Source of the DNA: Candidatus Competibacteraceae bacterium
Lineage (GTDB): Bacteria; Pseudomonadota; Gammaproteobacteria; Competibacterales; Competibacteraceae
NCBI GenBank assembly: GCA_016699715.1
Contig: CP065007.1
Coordinates: forward strand, 563,950-627,949
Direction: 5' to 3'
DNA: 64,000 nucleotides
The notes below the pieces were generated by a model, which saw only the letters and a list, made by a program, of their open reading frames with translations, ran no database searches and had not been told where the DNA came from. Positions 46,001-54,092 of this stretch are shown piece after piece; the first letter of the stretch is position 1, and each line of letters opens with the position of its first letter. The position numbers and the translations under genes were made by a program.

Positions 46001-47057
46001 TGGCTTCCAGGTCTTCCGTTTCCGCCGCGAAACCCGTTCCTTCCCGAAGGGGGGTCAATGGTGTGTCGCTGACGGTTACGACAGGAGGCTCCAGTTCTTG
46101 CTCAAGGGTTCCAGTCGCCGCAACCTCGAGCGATTCCAACGGAGTCACTACAGGGGCTTCTTGCGTGGGTTCTGTCGCCGTGGCGGGCGTCGTTTCCTCG
46201 ACGGTCGCGGTGGCGAAAGTTTCCGGCGCGGCTTCGATAACCGGTTGCGGTTCCGCCGCCGGAGGGGCGGCTGTGGCATGACCGGTGTCGATTTGAGGCT
46301 CGACCGCGATCGGGATCGTCGGTTCGCCGGCCAGCGCCGGTGGTGGCGCGGTGGTGGAGTCGGGTGGTTCCACCGGAAGTATTGCGGGTGTCAATCCTTC
46401 GAATTTCCGATCTCCGTCCTCTCCGATCAAAGGGGAAGGAGCCCATGCGGAGCTGTCGGTTACCGGTTCTGCCCCCTTTTCTGGGGAGAGCGTCGCGGGA
46501 GAAGGGCGAACGCCGGTTTCCGCCTGAAGAAGTTTCGCCACCGTTTCTTTCGTTATAACGGTGACCGGTTCGGTGGGTTCAGCCCAGGTTTCCGGCGTTT
46601 CGCCCGACTCTTCCCGACCTGGCGCCGATTCGGCTGGTATCAGCAGATCGCGCAGTACCTGGGCTTCCGCCGCCGGCAGCGGCGTACTCCAAACTGGGTT
46701 TTGCAAATGCTCGAGCAGCGCATCGCTGGCCTGCGAGTCGCTCGGAGACATCAGATAGCCAATGACCAGTGTCGGCCATTCCTCCAGTCGTTCCCGTTCG
46801 GTGTCGCTGAGCCCCCCTCGGGCGCTCAGGGCCGTCAGGTTTTCCTGAAATAACAGACAAGTGTCCTGCAGCCCCGAAAAACCAGCCTCGCCAGCCGCTA
46901 AACCGATACGTTCCACCTGCTCGGCATAACGGCGGATCGCCGCGGTGATCCCGTCTTGATCGGCTCCGCCGTTTTCAGCGGGCAATCCCTCCAAAATGCC
47001 GAGCGCTTCGGCGACCTCGGCTTCCAATACCGCAATGCTTTCTTCCGATATCAGCAT
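43083..47057 (-). CDS. ChpA/PilL-like hybrid CheA histidine kinase (N-terminal repeated modules, Hpt, HATPase, CheW-like, C-terminal receiver)
   Basis: 1324-aa ORF. Hpt RIAHTLKGAGNTVGV; kinase core NMVDPLMHILRNAIDHGIE, DDGAGLD, GRGIGMDMV; CheW-like region; C-terminal REC (VLAVDDS...LVLADLEMPRMNGLEL...ITSRS...KPF). Confidence 0.9.
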   Translation of the reverse strand: MLISEESIAVLEAEVAEALGILEGLPAENGGADQDGITAAIRRYAEQVERIGLAAGEAGFSGLQDTCLLFQENLTALSARGGLSDTERERLEEWPTLVIGYLMSPSDSQASDALLEHLQNPVWSTPLPAAEAQVLRDLLIPAESAPGREESGETPETWAEPTEPVTVITKETVAKLLQAETGVRPSPATLSPEKGAEPVTDSSAWAPSPLIGEDGDRKFEGLTPAILPVEPPDSTTAPPPALAGEPTIPIAVEPQIDTGHATAAPPAAEPQPVIEAAPETFATATVEETTPATATEPTQEAPVVTPLESLEVAATGTLEQELEPPVVTVSDTPLTPLREGTGFAAETEDLEATEDLEATEDLEATEDLGSPATSFAPDAAQQELLEILCEEIAQIAEATTEVLAVVSAADSAPETRAEAWSGYAEYLERLGEASASINLTGLQQACAYLYTNLLELAAQDGPLHPEQQRVVGAWPALALSYLRAPDDRSTCEALIRHLQETHWPQPLAAADATALSDLLLAPKLVTEEADAEARPQQAQPSDVSLELPADVNQDLLDGLLQELPQQAADFSTAIQRLAAGDGQLADMEVARRIAHTLKGAGNTVGVRGIATLTHHMEDILQALSKHGVLPNRPLADTLLNAADCLETMSEALLGMSEPPPQALTVLQTVLDWANRIDRVGVPASDEIPPPATARPEEPPAAAAQPPETALAPQQPAASTTETALRVPAHLVDNLLRLVGESIILTGQVQERIRKTIDHTRAVAAQNRLFQGLTAELEQLVDVRNVSSPLSKSIQRGDFDPLELEQYNELNTVTHRLVETAIDAREMNRAVEDNLVLLDSLLVDQGRLHRDSQEAVLRTRMVPIQTMVPRLQRSVRQTCRLVDKEAELVVRGADTPMDSNVLNNMVDPLMHILRNAIDHGIESPHQRQRLGKPQAGRIELHFMREGNNIAIHCRDDGAGLDLAAIRRTAEERGLLAPDKPLEPDKLARLILLPGFSTRGSATQTSGRGIGMDMVYSRLLDMKGSLRIQTEAGKGCLMELRLPVTLISTHALLLRVRDQIYALSDRGVEQILYSGAGKIQTLGKITTYRLGNDTHELTLLENLLNLPQDRREHDRSAAPVLLVREETGSLQAVLVQEVLDSRDLVVKNMGQYIPTLPGIVGATILGDGSVAPVLDLPELLRTRTAGQRLPTAAAQSAKSAASVPHRQIVLAVDDSLSARRSLAQFVQDAGFEVRTARDGLEAIEIINGQRPDLVLADLEMPRMNGLELTAHLRANQPTHDLPVIMITSRSTAKHRNEAETVGVDTYLTKPFMEDELIEQIHRLLHS
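45958..46020. repeat. 18-bp tandem repeat (~3.5 copies) inside the CheA-like gene, encoding (EDLEAT)n
   Basis: tcttccgtggcttccagg occurs three times exactly (45958..46011), then a partial fourth copy. The protein reads TEDLEATEDLEATEDLEATEDLGS. Confidence 0.9.
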
Positions 47058-47117
47058 CAGCGCTAAACTCCTCTCGCAAGCAGCAGCAACCCGGCGGCGG
47101 GCATGGGGGGGTCGCCC

Positions 47118-48911
47118 TTAGGCCGGCAGCCGGAACACACGCACAGAGTTCAACAGATTTTTGGCGTATTCCACCAGATTGGTGGTCTGCACGGTCTGCT
47201 CCAGCAACTGTTGGCTGGTTTGCTGGGTGCTGGCTTGAATTTGTTCGGCACGGCCCAATAGTTCGTTGCTGATCCGTGCCTGTTCCTGTGAGCGGGAGGC
47301 GATTTGCTGCACGGCGGTTACCAGCTCGGTGGTGGTTTCCTGAGTGAGTTGCATTTGTTCGCCAGCTTGTTCCGCTAGCCGGCTACCGTCCACCACCTGG
47401 CTGATGGCGGTGTTCATCGCATTCACCGTGTCCGCCGTTTCGATCTGGATATTGCTGACCAGAGTGGCGATTTGCGAAGTCGCTTCGCGGGCGTTTTGCG
47501 CCAGCCGCTGTACTTCGTCGGCCACGACCGCGAAGCCCCGGCCCGCCTCGCCGGCCGAGGCCGCGTGCATGCTGGCGTTTAGCGCCAGGATGTGGGTGCG
47601 TTCGGCGATGGTGTTGATCAGGTTCACCACGCCGCTGATCTCTTGGGAGCGTTCACCCAATCGCTTGATACGCTTTTCCGTTTCGCGGATGGTGTCGCGG
47701 GTGCTGTTGATACCGCTGACTGTACTGGTCACTGCTTGCAGCGCCGCTTGGGTGGTCTTGATGGTGGTTTCAGCCGTGGCGCTGCATTCCTGTGCCAGTT
47801 GGGCGATCTGTTGCATGGTTTCGGACGCGGCGATCAAGTCGACGGCGGTTTGATCCACGGCCAGCCGCTCGTTTTCAGCCACGACGATTACCGCATCGGA
47901 CTGTGTTTTCACCTTGTCGGACGCGGTCGCCACTTCCTCGGAGATGCGGGTCACACCCTTCAATACCGTGACGGTTTCGCTGGTGAGCAGGTTCAAGGCG
48001 TCCGCCACCGGTCCGGTCATATCCTCGGTGACCGGCACATGGACGGTCAGGTCTCTCTGGCTAATCAGGGACACCGCTTGCAGCAGATTGATGATGGAGT
48101 CATTCAGTGTTTCATTCTCTTTCTCCGTCTGCACCAATACAGCCAGTCTCTCATCCAGCAACCGGTCGAATGCCTGCCCCAAAGTCGCCAGTTCATCGCT
48201 GCCCGTCACCGCGGAGCGGATAGTAAAGTCACCCGCGGTGACCCCCTGTACGGTACCCGTTAAGCGTTGTAGAGTCGTTGAGATGGATCTGTAAATATAA
48301 AATCCCAGTAAACCCGAAAACAGGATACCGGCAATGCCCAGTATGGTCAGTAGGGTCAGGAATCTATCGTTTGCTTGTGCAGTGTTTTCAAGGCCCTCTT
48401 GCGCTTCTTGCTGAGTGGTTAATGTCAGGGCTTGCAAAGCGTCGAAGAAAGAAACAGTCAAACCGGATAGCTCGTTTTCCAAGTACAGGGTCAATCGGGC
48501 GTGGTCTCGCCCTTTGACGAGGCTCTGTAATTCCTCAAACGCCTGGGTGATGTTTGCGACTTCTGGGCCGAAGGTATCTTGCGTGATTTCCTTGCGGGCT
48601 TCCTCCGCGGTGGCAAGATAGCCGTTCCAAATCCGCTCAAATTCAGGCTTGGCGGACACCAGTCGTCGGTCGGCTTCTTCCCAGCTTATCGTGCCATAGC
48701 TCACTCCATTAGCTACTTCCTGCAAATCCGTGCGGACTGTCGCGGACAGGGAAGTAAAGAAGTTTATCTCACTCAACTCTTTATCGATTTTTGTAAAAAC
48801 TTTGTTAGCGGCAACAAGACCTATATAAGCGTCAATGCCGATAATCAGCAATATCACTAGCGGAACTAACAGCAAAAGAAAAAGACGTGTACCGATTTTA
48901 AGATTACGCAT
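47118..48911 (-). CDS. Methyl-accepting chemotaxis protein (periplasmic helical-bundle-like sensor, HAMP, MA domain)
   Basis: 597-aa ORF. Two TM segments flank a ~170-aa periplasmic region. HAMP (GDFTIRSAVTGSDELATLGQAFDRLL). Signalling hairpin TIAERTHILALNASMHAASAGEAGRGFAVVADEVQRLA. Confidence 0.9.
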   Translation of the reverse strand: MRNLKIGTRLFLLLLVPLVILLIIGIDAYIGLVAANKVFTKIDKELSEINFFTSLSATVRTDLQEVANGVSYGTISWEEADRRLVSAKPEFERIWNGYLATAEEARKEITQDTFGPEVANITQAFEELQSLVKGRDHARLTLYLENELSGLTVSFFDALQALTLTTQQEAQEGLENTAQANDRFLTLLTILGIAGILFSGLLGFYIYRSISTTLQRLTGTVQGVTAGDFTIRSAVTGSDELATLGQAFDRLLDERLAVLVQTEKENETLNDSIINLLQAVSLISQRDLTVHVPVTEDMTGPVADALNLLTSETVTVLKGVTRISEEVATASDKVKTQSDAVIVVAENERLAVDQTAVDLIAASETMQQIAQLAQECSATAETTIKTTQAALQAVTSTVSGINSTRDTIRETEKRIKRLGERSQEISGVVNLINTIAERTHILALNASMHAASAGEAGRGFAVVADEVQRLAQNAREATSQIATLVSNIQIETADTVNAMNTAISQVVDGSRLAEQAGEQMQLTQETTTELVTAVQQIASRSQEQARISNELLGRAEQIQASTQQTSQQLLEQTVQTTNLVEYAKNLLNSVRVFRLPA

Positions 48912-48955
48912 AATCTATATCTCGCTTTTAAGTTATTTTGAAATTAGCCAGGAAG

Positions 48956-49540
48956 TTATTTATTTCTGGCTTGTTTTTCTTTAATGTAATCTAATTTGAT
49001 ACCCATCACCAAAACGCCAATCGTCTTGTTTTGATCAATCACTGGTACGGAAATCTGGGTAGAAGCAGTGCCAGTGCTTGCATCCTGTTCAATTTTTCCC
49101 ACGAAAACCTGGCCCTTGCCACCGTTGAAAGAAGCGGTCCATTTCTCTTCATCCCCTTGCCAATAATCACTGGTGGGAGGGTACATGGCTACATTGGCTC
49201 CTTGATTATCCGTCAAAAATGCCTCGCTGAAAGCGGAGTTGGTGTCTATCCGTTTTTTTAGGAAAACCCCTGCCTTATTTTGTTGTAAAGATAGCATGAA
49301 AGAAGTGGGTTCTCCAGTATTGCTCCATTCCCGATCTCTTTGTTTAATCGTATCCAGGCTCAATTTTTCAGCATTTTGGTTCTGTACCGCCTTGACCAAA
49401 ACCGGGTTGTTTGAAAAAATTCGCACGACTCGAATTTTTGAATCAAGTAGTTCTTTAAGTTGGGCATCAGTCATCTGCTGCCCAAGCGCAGACATTGAGG
49501 CCACGGTTAATAAAAAAGAAAGAAATGTTTTATGGTACAT
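48956..49540 (-). CDS. Small periplasmic PDC/Cache-like sensor-domain protein (194 aa)
   Basis: Track ORF 48956..49699, start moved to Met54 (MYHKTFLSFLLTVASMSALG, signal peptide). AFLTDNQGANVAMYPPTSDYWQGDEEKW...ISVPVIDQNKTIGVLVMGI resembles stand-alone PDC sensor domains as I recall them. The gene is visibly AT-richer than its surroundings. Confidence 0.5.
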   Translation of the reverse strand: MYHKTFLSFLLTVASMSALGQQMTDAQLKELLDSKIRVVRIFSNNPVLVKAVQNQNAEKLSLDTIKQRDREWSNTGEPTSFMLSLQQNKAGVFLKKRIDTNSAFSEAFLTDNQGANVAMYPPTSDYWQGDEEKWTASFNGGKGQVFVGKIEQDASTGTASTQISVPVIDQNKTIGVLVMGIKLDYIKEKQARNK

Positions 49541-49825
49541 AATAACCTCCAAATAATTCAGACCATGGTGTTGTCTGTTCATAACAACATGATTGACAAA
49601 AACCAAAAATTCTACATGGCGCTGGCATAAAAATGCCTGACGACAAGTGCCCAGTATTGCGGAGCCGCGATGGCGCGCGAACTGACCGATCTGACTCACG
49701 GCGTTGTCGATGCGGCTTACGCCTCAGAGCGATTTCACCTTTCCACCGTCACCGGCTTGTCACCGTGCCAGCACACTGACTCCAAAGTCATTCCTTATGC
49801 GTATGCGCGGAGATCTCCTCAAAAT

Positions 49826-51100
49826 TTATTGGGTGAACAGTTTGTTGATATCGCTCGGCTCGATCACCGTGAAATGGCCGTCTTGCAATAAGGTCATCAG
49901 GATAAAATCGGAACCTTGGTTGCTGGTGGTGAAATCCACCTGGATACCGCCGATGTCATAGGGCTGGCGGCGCGCGGCCTTGAGAAAGTTTTCCCGAGTC
50001 AGCGGTTTGTCGATCGCTTGTAGGATTGCGAGGAACAACTTGCCGACAATGTAGCTTTCCAACGACACGTAATTCAGGTCGTTACCCAATGCCTTGCGTG
50101 CGTCCACGACCACCGGCAGCGGTGAATTGGGCGCTGGTACGACCTGAGTGGCGATCACCTTGTCCCGAATTTTGTGGTCTTTGAGAAGATCCGCCAGCCG
50201 CTCGCCTGCCGCCGGCGATGGCGAGCTAAAAATCCAGTCTTCGCCCTTGAAGCGAGCATACCCCATAAACTTGACGGTTGGCTCGTATACCGCAATGGTG
50301 GCTACTAACCGGCAACGGTCACCGGTGTCGGTTTCCCATTTCTTCAAGGAGAGATAGCCGGGCCGCGCGCTCAGGGTATCGCGTTGGTAAGTGCCGACTG
50401 GACCGATGCCATTGCGTGTCGGGTTATCCCCCGGTGCGTTCAGAATCTGGTCTACCTTGGCGACAATGGATTCAGTGCCGGGCTGTTTGGCCAGAGCCGC
50501 GCGGAATCCCTGAATGCCGGCCATGCCGTAAGCGTCGTTTTGGGCGTAGGCGCACACTTCGGTCGGTTTGAGGCCCGCCGCCAGCGCTGTCTCCACCACC
50601 GTCTCCACTTCCTTGGCGTAGCCGGCGCGGAAGTTCAACACATCGCCTGGCCCAGTAAAGGCCGCACCGGTGTAAAAGCCGATCGCGGGTACTTTATTTT
50701 CGGCCAGTAGCGGCAGCACCGCTTTGGTGGTCGGCGAGCCGAAACTATTGACCATTGCAAAAATCCCTTTTTCAATTAATTGCTGGGCAGCGTTAACCGC
50801 TTCGGCGGGGTTGTAAAAGTCGTTGATCGCGATGAACTCGATGCGACGTTTCTGCACCGTTTGGTCGGCCAGCGCCGCCTCCATCCCACGTTTCATCGAT
50901 AGGCCATACACTCTGAAGTCCCCTTCCAGGGGAATGGTGGCGCCGATGCGGATGCTGTTACTGGTAATGCCTGGGTCTTCGGCCCAACTCCAGGGTGTGG
51001 CCGCGCAAAAGCCGAGCAGTAGCCCCAGAGCCATGCCACCCTTCATCCGTCGTCGGCCTGCCGTGAGGGTGCTGGCGGTGGCGTCGTTTTGTATGTGCAT
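49826..51100 (-). CDS. Periplasmic binding protein, Leu/Ile/Val-binding (type I, Peripla_BP_6-like) family, without adjacent permease genes
   Basis: Track ORF 49826..51136, start moved to ATG 51100 (MHIQ..., preceded by AAGGGAG 8 nt upstream). Signal peptide ...GLLLGFCAATPWSWA. IRIGATIPLEG...FIAINDFYNP...GSPTTKAVLPLLAENKVPAIGFYTGA. Confidence 0.85.
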   Translation of the reverse strand: MHIQNDATASTLTAGRRRMKGGMALGLLLGFCAATPWSWAEDPGITSNSIRIGATIPLEGDFRVYGLSMKRGMEAALADQTVQKRRIEFIAINDFYNPAEAVNAAQQLIEKGIFAMVNSFGSPTTKAVLPLLAENKVPAIGFYTGAAFTGPGDVLNFRAGYAKEVETVVETALAAGLKPTEVCAYAQNDAYGMAGIQGFRAALAKQPGTESIVAKVDQILNAPGDNPTRNGIGPVGTYQRDTLSARPGYLSLKKWETDTGDRCRLVATIAVYEPTVKFMGYARFKGEDWIFSSPSPAAGERLADLLKDHKIRDKVIATQVVPAPNSPLPVVVDARKALGNDLNYVSLESYIVGKLFLAILQAIDKPLTRENFLKAARRQPYDIGGIQVDFTTSNQGSDFILMTLLQDGHFTVIEPSDINKLFTQ

Positions 51101-51184
51101 GCGAGTAGCTCCCTTTGTTTTATTCGGTTGTTCCACCGAGATATTTTCTAGAGCGCGCCGCTCCAGGCTTATTTTTGGCCGGAA

Positions 51185-51742
51185 TCAGGATATTCCAGCG
51201 ACTTGTTGACCCAGGGTTCGGAAAAAGCTTCGGTGGTCGAACCCCAGCCAGGTTTGGTCGTCCTGCGAGTAGCCTCCGGCGATATGGATTCGCAATGCGG
51301 CCGGCAATGGTGGTAAGCGGGGGAGGGCTTGGTGGGCACTTACGGGCTGAGGTAGACCATCGATAAAAAAGCCGACCGTACCCTCACCCTGGTCCAGGAT
51401 CAGCAGCCAGCGTTTTTCCCGGGCGCCTTCTTCCATTTGCAAGAACTGTTTCACGTCGAATATCGGCACCAAATTGCCGCGCAGGTTGATCAGCCCGAGA
51501 AACCAGGAGGGTACGTTAGGTAGCGGATAAATCACCCATCGTTCCAGCACCTCGCTGGTGGTGTCCTGGTCGATGAGCAAACCGATGTCGCCGATCCAGA
51601 AACCGTACCGTGCGCGCCGACGTTCGGTGGCGGCCAGTCCGCCCATGATGCCGGGTGGCGGTTTGAAGCGGTTGAGCGCCGCGCTGGGTTCCAGCCAGCG
51701 TCGGGGAATCCGGTCAGCCTTGTCGTTCATAGGGTTTCCCAT
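51185..51742 (-). CDS. pilI: PilI-like CheW-domain protein; start uncertain (51742 or 51730)
   Basis: Track ORF 51185..51844, trimmed so that it starts after the upstream stop. WFLGLINLRGNLVPIFDVKQFL...WLLILDQGEGTVGFFIDGLP is CheW/PilI-like. Confidence 0.75.
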   Translation of the reverse strand: MGNPMNDKADRIPRRWLEPSAALNRFKPPPGIMGGLAATERRRARYGFWIGDIGLLIDQDTTSEVLERWVIYPLPNVPSWFLGLINLRGNLVPIFDVKQFLQMEEGAREKRWLLILDQGEGTVGFFIDGLPQPVSAHQALPRLPPLPAALRIHIAGGYSQDDQTWLGFDHRSFFRTLGQQVAGIS

Positions 51743-51756
51743 CGGACCAGGACGGT

Positions 51757-52122
51757 TTACAGAAACGCTTTCAGTTGATCCGTGATAGCGTCCGCTGTGT
51801 AGGGTTTGGTGATAAATCCCTTGCCACCCTGCATCTGCGCCCACAGTCGGTCGGCCTTTTGGCTTTTACTGGTGACGAAGATCACCGGAATATTTTTGGT
51901 TTCCGCCTGGTTGCCGAGCGAACGGCAAGCGGCATAGCCGTCCATATCGGGCATGATGATGTCCATGAAAATCAGATCCGGTTTTTCCTCCGTGGCTTTT
52001 TCGATGGCATCCTTGCCATTGGTGGCGGTAACGATGACGCAACCCGCCTCACCGAGGATGCTTTTGATATTGGCCAGATCCGTCGGGGAATCATCGACGA
52101 CAAGGACTTTTCGTATCGGCAT
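51757..52122 (-). CDS. pilH: CheY-like single-domain response regulator (PilH-like)
   Basis: Track ORF 51757..52182, start moved to Met21 (MPIRKVLVVDDSPTD...DLIFMDIIMPDMDGY...VIFVTSKSQ...GFITKPY). Confidence 0.88.
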   Translation of the reverse strand: MPIRKVLVVDDSPTDLANIKSILGEAGCVIVTATNGKDAIEKATEEKPDLIFMDIIMPDMDGYAACRSLGNQAETKNIPVIFVTSKSQKADRLWAQMQGGKGFITKPYTADAITDQLKAFL

Positions 52123-52217
52123 GGAGGTCTCCTTAAATTTTCGTTGGCTAAAACATAACATCATCGATCTAGCATGGGCCATTCCCGCTATTTCTCAAAG
52201 GCAGGACATCAGCTCAT

Positions 52218-52997
52218 TTAGGGCGTTTTCAGGTATTTCTTGACTACCTTCTGAAAGGAATTTTGTTTGGCGGGTTTGGTTAGATAGGTGTCGCAGCCGG
52301 CCAATGCGCCTCTGACCCGGTCGAAGGGTGACGATTTGCTGGTCAGCATGATGACCGGCGTTTTCTTTTTGGTTTTATCTTTTTTGATCGTCTTGCAGAT
52401 CTGATAGCCGTCAACCCCGGGTAAGATTACGTCCAGAAAAATGATGTCGTAGTCATTTTTAGAGAGTAATTCGAAAGCTTGCTCACCAGATTCGGCGGTG
52501 TCGGTTCGAATCCCAAGTAGCTTTAATTCCAGCTCAACCTGCATTCTGATCGTACTGCTATCATCTACTACCAAAGCCTTGAGAGTTTGCTCCGAGGTTC
52601 CGCCAGCTATCGATGTTTCGCTGATAGTGCGTTCTTCGGTGGGAACGGTCGATATTTGATTGGCAACCCGATCTAATACACTAAGTACGCGAGTCGCGAT
52701 AAAGGGTCGGTGCAGGGTATAGGGGAATTCATTAGCCAGCTGATCTTTGGCGATCATTATGCTGACTAGGGAAGAAGATGAGCTTTCATTAGGTGTGGCA
52801 GGCTTATAGGAACGCCATTCCTCCATTGCGCTTGGGTTTTCCGCGTCCACCATCAATATTTGGATTGGTTCGCCAGCAGTGGCAAAGGAGTAGGTGTTAG
52901 GACGGTAAAGAGAAAGCTTGAAGATATTTCTCAGAACATTGCGCTCGTTTTCGGGAATTCCGATTAAAGCGACTTTAAAGGATTTCTTATCGCTCAT
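52218..52997 (-). CDS. PilG-like response regulator with an extra N-terminal receiver-like module (259 aa)
   Basis: C-terminal REC: ALVVDDSSTIR...DIIFLDVILPGVDGYQICK...VIMLTSKSSPFD...YLTKP. The N-terminal ~130 aa (FKVALIGIPENERNVL...ILMVDAENP) look receiver-like but atypical. Strong RBS (GGAAGGAGGAGG) upstream. Confidence 0.8.
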   Translation of the reverse strand: MSDKKSFKVALIGIPENERNVLRNIFKLSLYRPNTYSFATAGEPIQILMVDAENPSAMEEWRSYKPATPNESSSSSLVSIMIAKDQLANEFPYTLHRPFIATRVLSVLDRVANQISTVPTEERTISETSIAGGTSEQTLKALVVDDSSTIRMQVELELKLLGIRTDTAESGEQAFELLSKNDYDIIFLDVILPGVDGYQICKTIKKDKTKKKTPVIMLTSKSSPFDRVRGALAGCDTYLTKPAKQNSFQKVVKKYLKTP

Positions 52998-53476
52998 AAG
53001 ATCCTTGCCCCTCCTCCTTCCATACTTCTATTGTTCGTTGTCCAGGATGACTTTGTCGAAACCCGGATTATCATTAATGTTGGTAGTAACCATAAGCCAA
53101 GAACGACATCCGTCATGGGTTTCCCCATGGATTTCCCCATGGTAGCGTGACCAAGGCCCATTTATGATACAATTGCATATTTATTTTAGCCAACAGAAAT
53201 TTTAATTCAAGATTAGGAAGGAAAAAAATAAGGTCCAGCTCATACATAGTCGTCCCTTCCTAAGGACGGCATCGATATACCAAAGTGAAGAAACGAAGGC
53301 ATCCATGTAACGACAAGGGGCGACCGCGATGAAGATGACGATGATCGGACTGGATTTGGCAAAGGGCGTAACCAGTCGAGCATGTCCATGGCTGAAGCCA
53401 CGAGGCGGAGCCAGGCAGATTGCGGTTGGAGCGGGGAGTCGTCTGGAGCCGGGTGTTTCCTGGTGGATGGAGTGGT

Positions 53477-53950
53477 TCATGAACGACGCCGCGCGGTTTG
53501 ATTTGATTTGAGTAGCGTCTGGGCGCCCAGCGGAGTCCAGCGCATCCCGGTCCGTTCCATCCCGTCCTTGACCACAGGGCGGCGGGCGCCCTCGATCACG
53601 CCAGAGGCGATGGGGTAACCGGCGGCGAGGTGCCGATCATGGTGAATCCAGTCGCGATGACGGTCGAAATAGTTAGCCAACTGTTGCAACCAGCGGATCA
53701 CGCCGGTGCCCATGCCGCCCAGCAAGCCACCCATCAGCAACTTCATTCATTTCAGCGCCAGGTCACCGCCGGGCGCGTGAAAGAGATGCGCCGCTTCCCA
53801 TAGATAGCCGGTGGCATGGAGCGGGTCGAGAATCTCGACCCGCGCGGTGTCGCCCAAAGTCGCGGCGGTGGGTATCCCACAGGGCCGGCTGGCCGTCCAT
53901 CAGCAGCACCAGGTTCACCTGTGGTCGGGGTCGCCCCACATCAGCGTTTA
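53477..53950 (-). pseudogene. Degenerate ISKra4-family transposase remnant (frameshifted, internally deleted)
   Basis: Three minus-strand frame pieces: ..NLVLLMDGQPALWD.., ..LGDTARVEILDPLHATGYLWEAAHLFH..(stop), then track ORF 53477..53746 with ...AAGYPIASGVIEGARRPVVKDGMERTGMRWTPLGAQTLL. These resemble the ILD..H..YLW and G.IEG.C...VK.R....GMRW blocks of ISKra4-type transposases as I recall them. Confidence 0.55.
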
Positions 53951-53991
53951 CGCCAGAAAAGATAGGGCGTTAAGTCGGCGCGTATGGGTTT

Positions 53992-54047
53992 GGGGGGTTC
54001 GCTCCTGAGTCGACTACGATTCATTGAGGAGCGCTATATAGCGCTCC
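53992..54047. repeat. Dispersed palindromic (REP-like) element, copy B
   Basis: GGGGGGTTCGCTCCTGAGT-N13-TTGAGGAGCGCTATATAGCGCTCC. Shares both arms with copy A (15772..15823). Contains a perfect 20-nt palindrome GGAGCGCTATATAGCGCTCC at 54028..54047. Confidence 0.6.
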
Positions 54048-54092
54048 CATACCAGTTGTGGAATCGACAGTCTCGGACTCCCCATCACAACT

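Noticed and set aside
53121-53145. Tandem tttccccatgg x2 upstream of the pilG-like gene
   Set aside because: Only two short copies, which could arise by chance. No supporting context.
53329-53511. 60-aa ORF starting MKMTMIGLDLAK, reminiscent of IS110-family transposase N-termini
   Set aside because: The similarity is limited to about 7 residues. The remainder does not resemble IS110 proteins in any frame I translated, so the evidence is insufficient.
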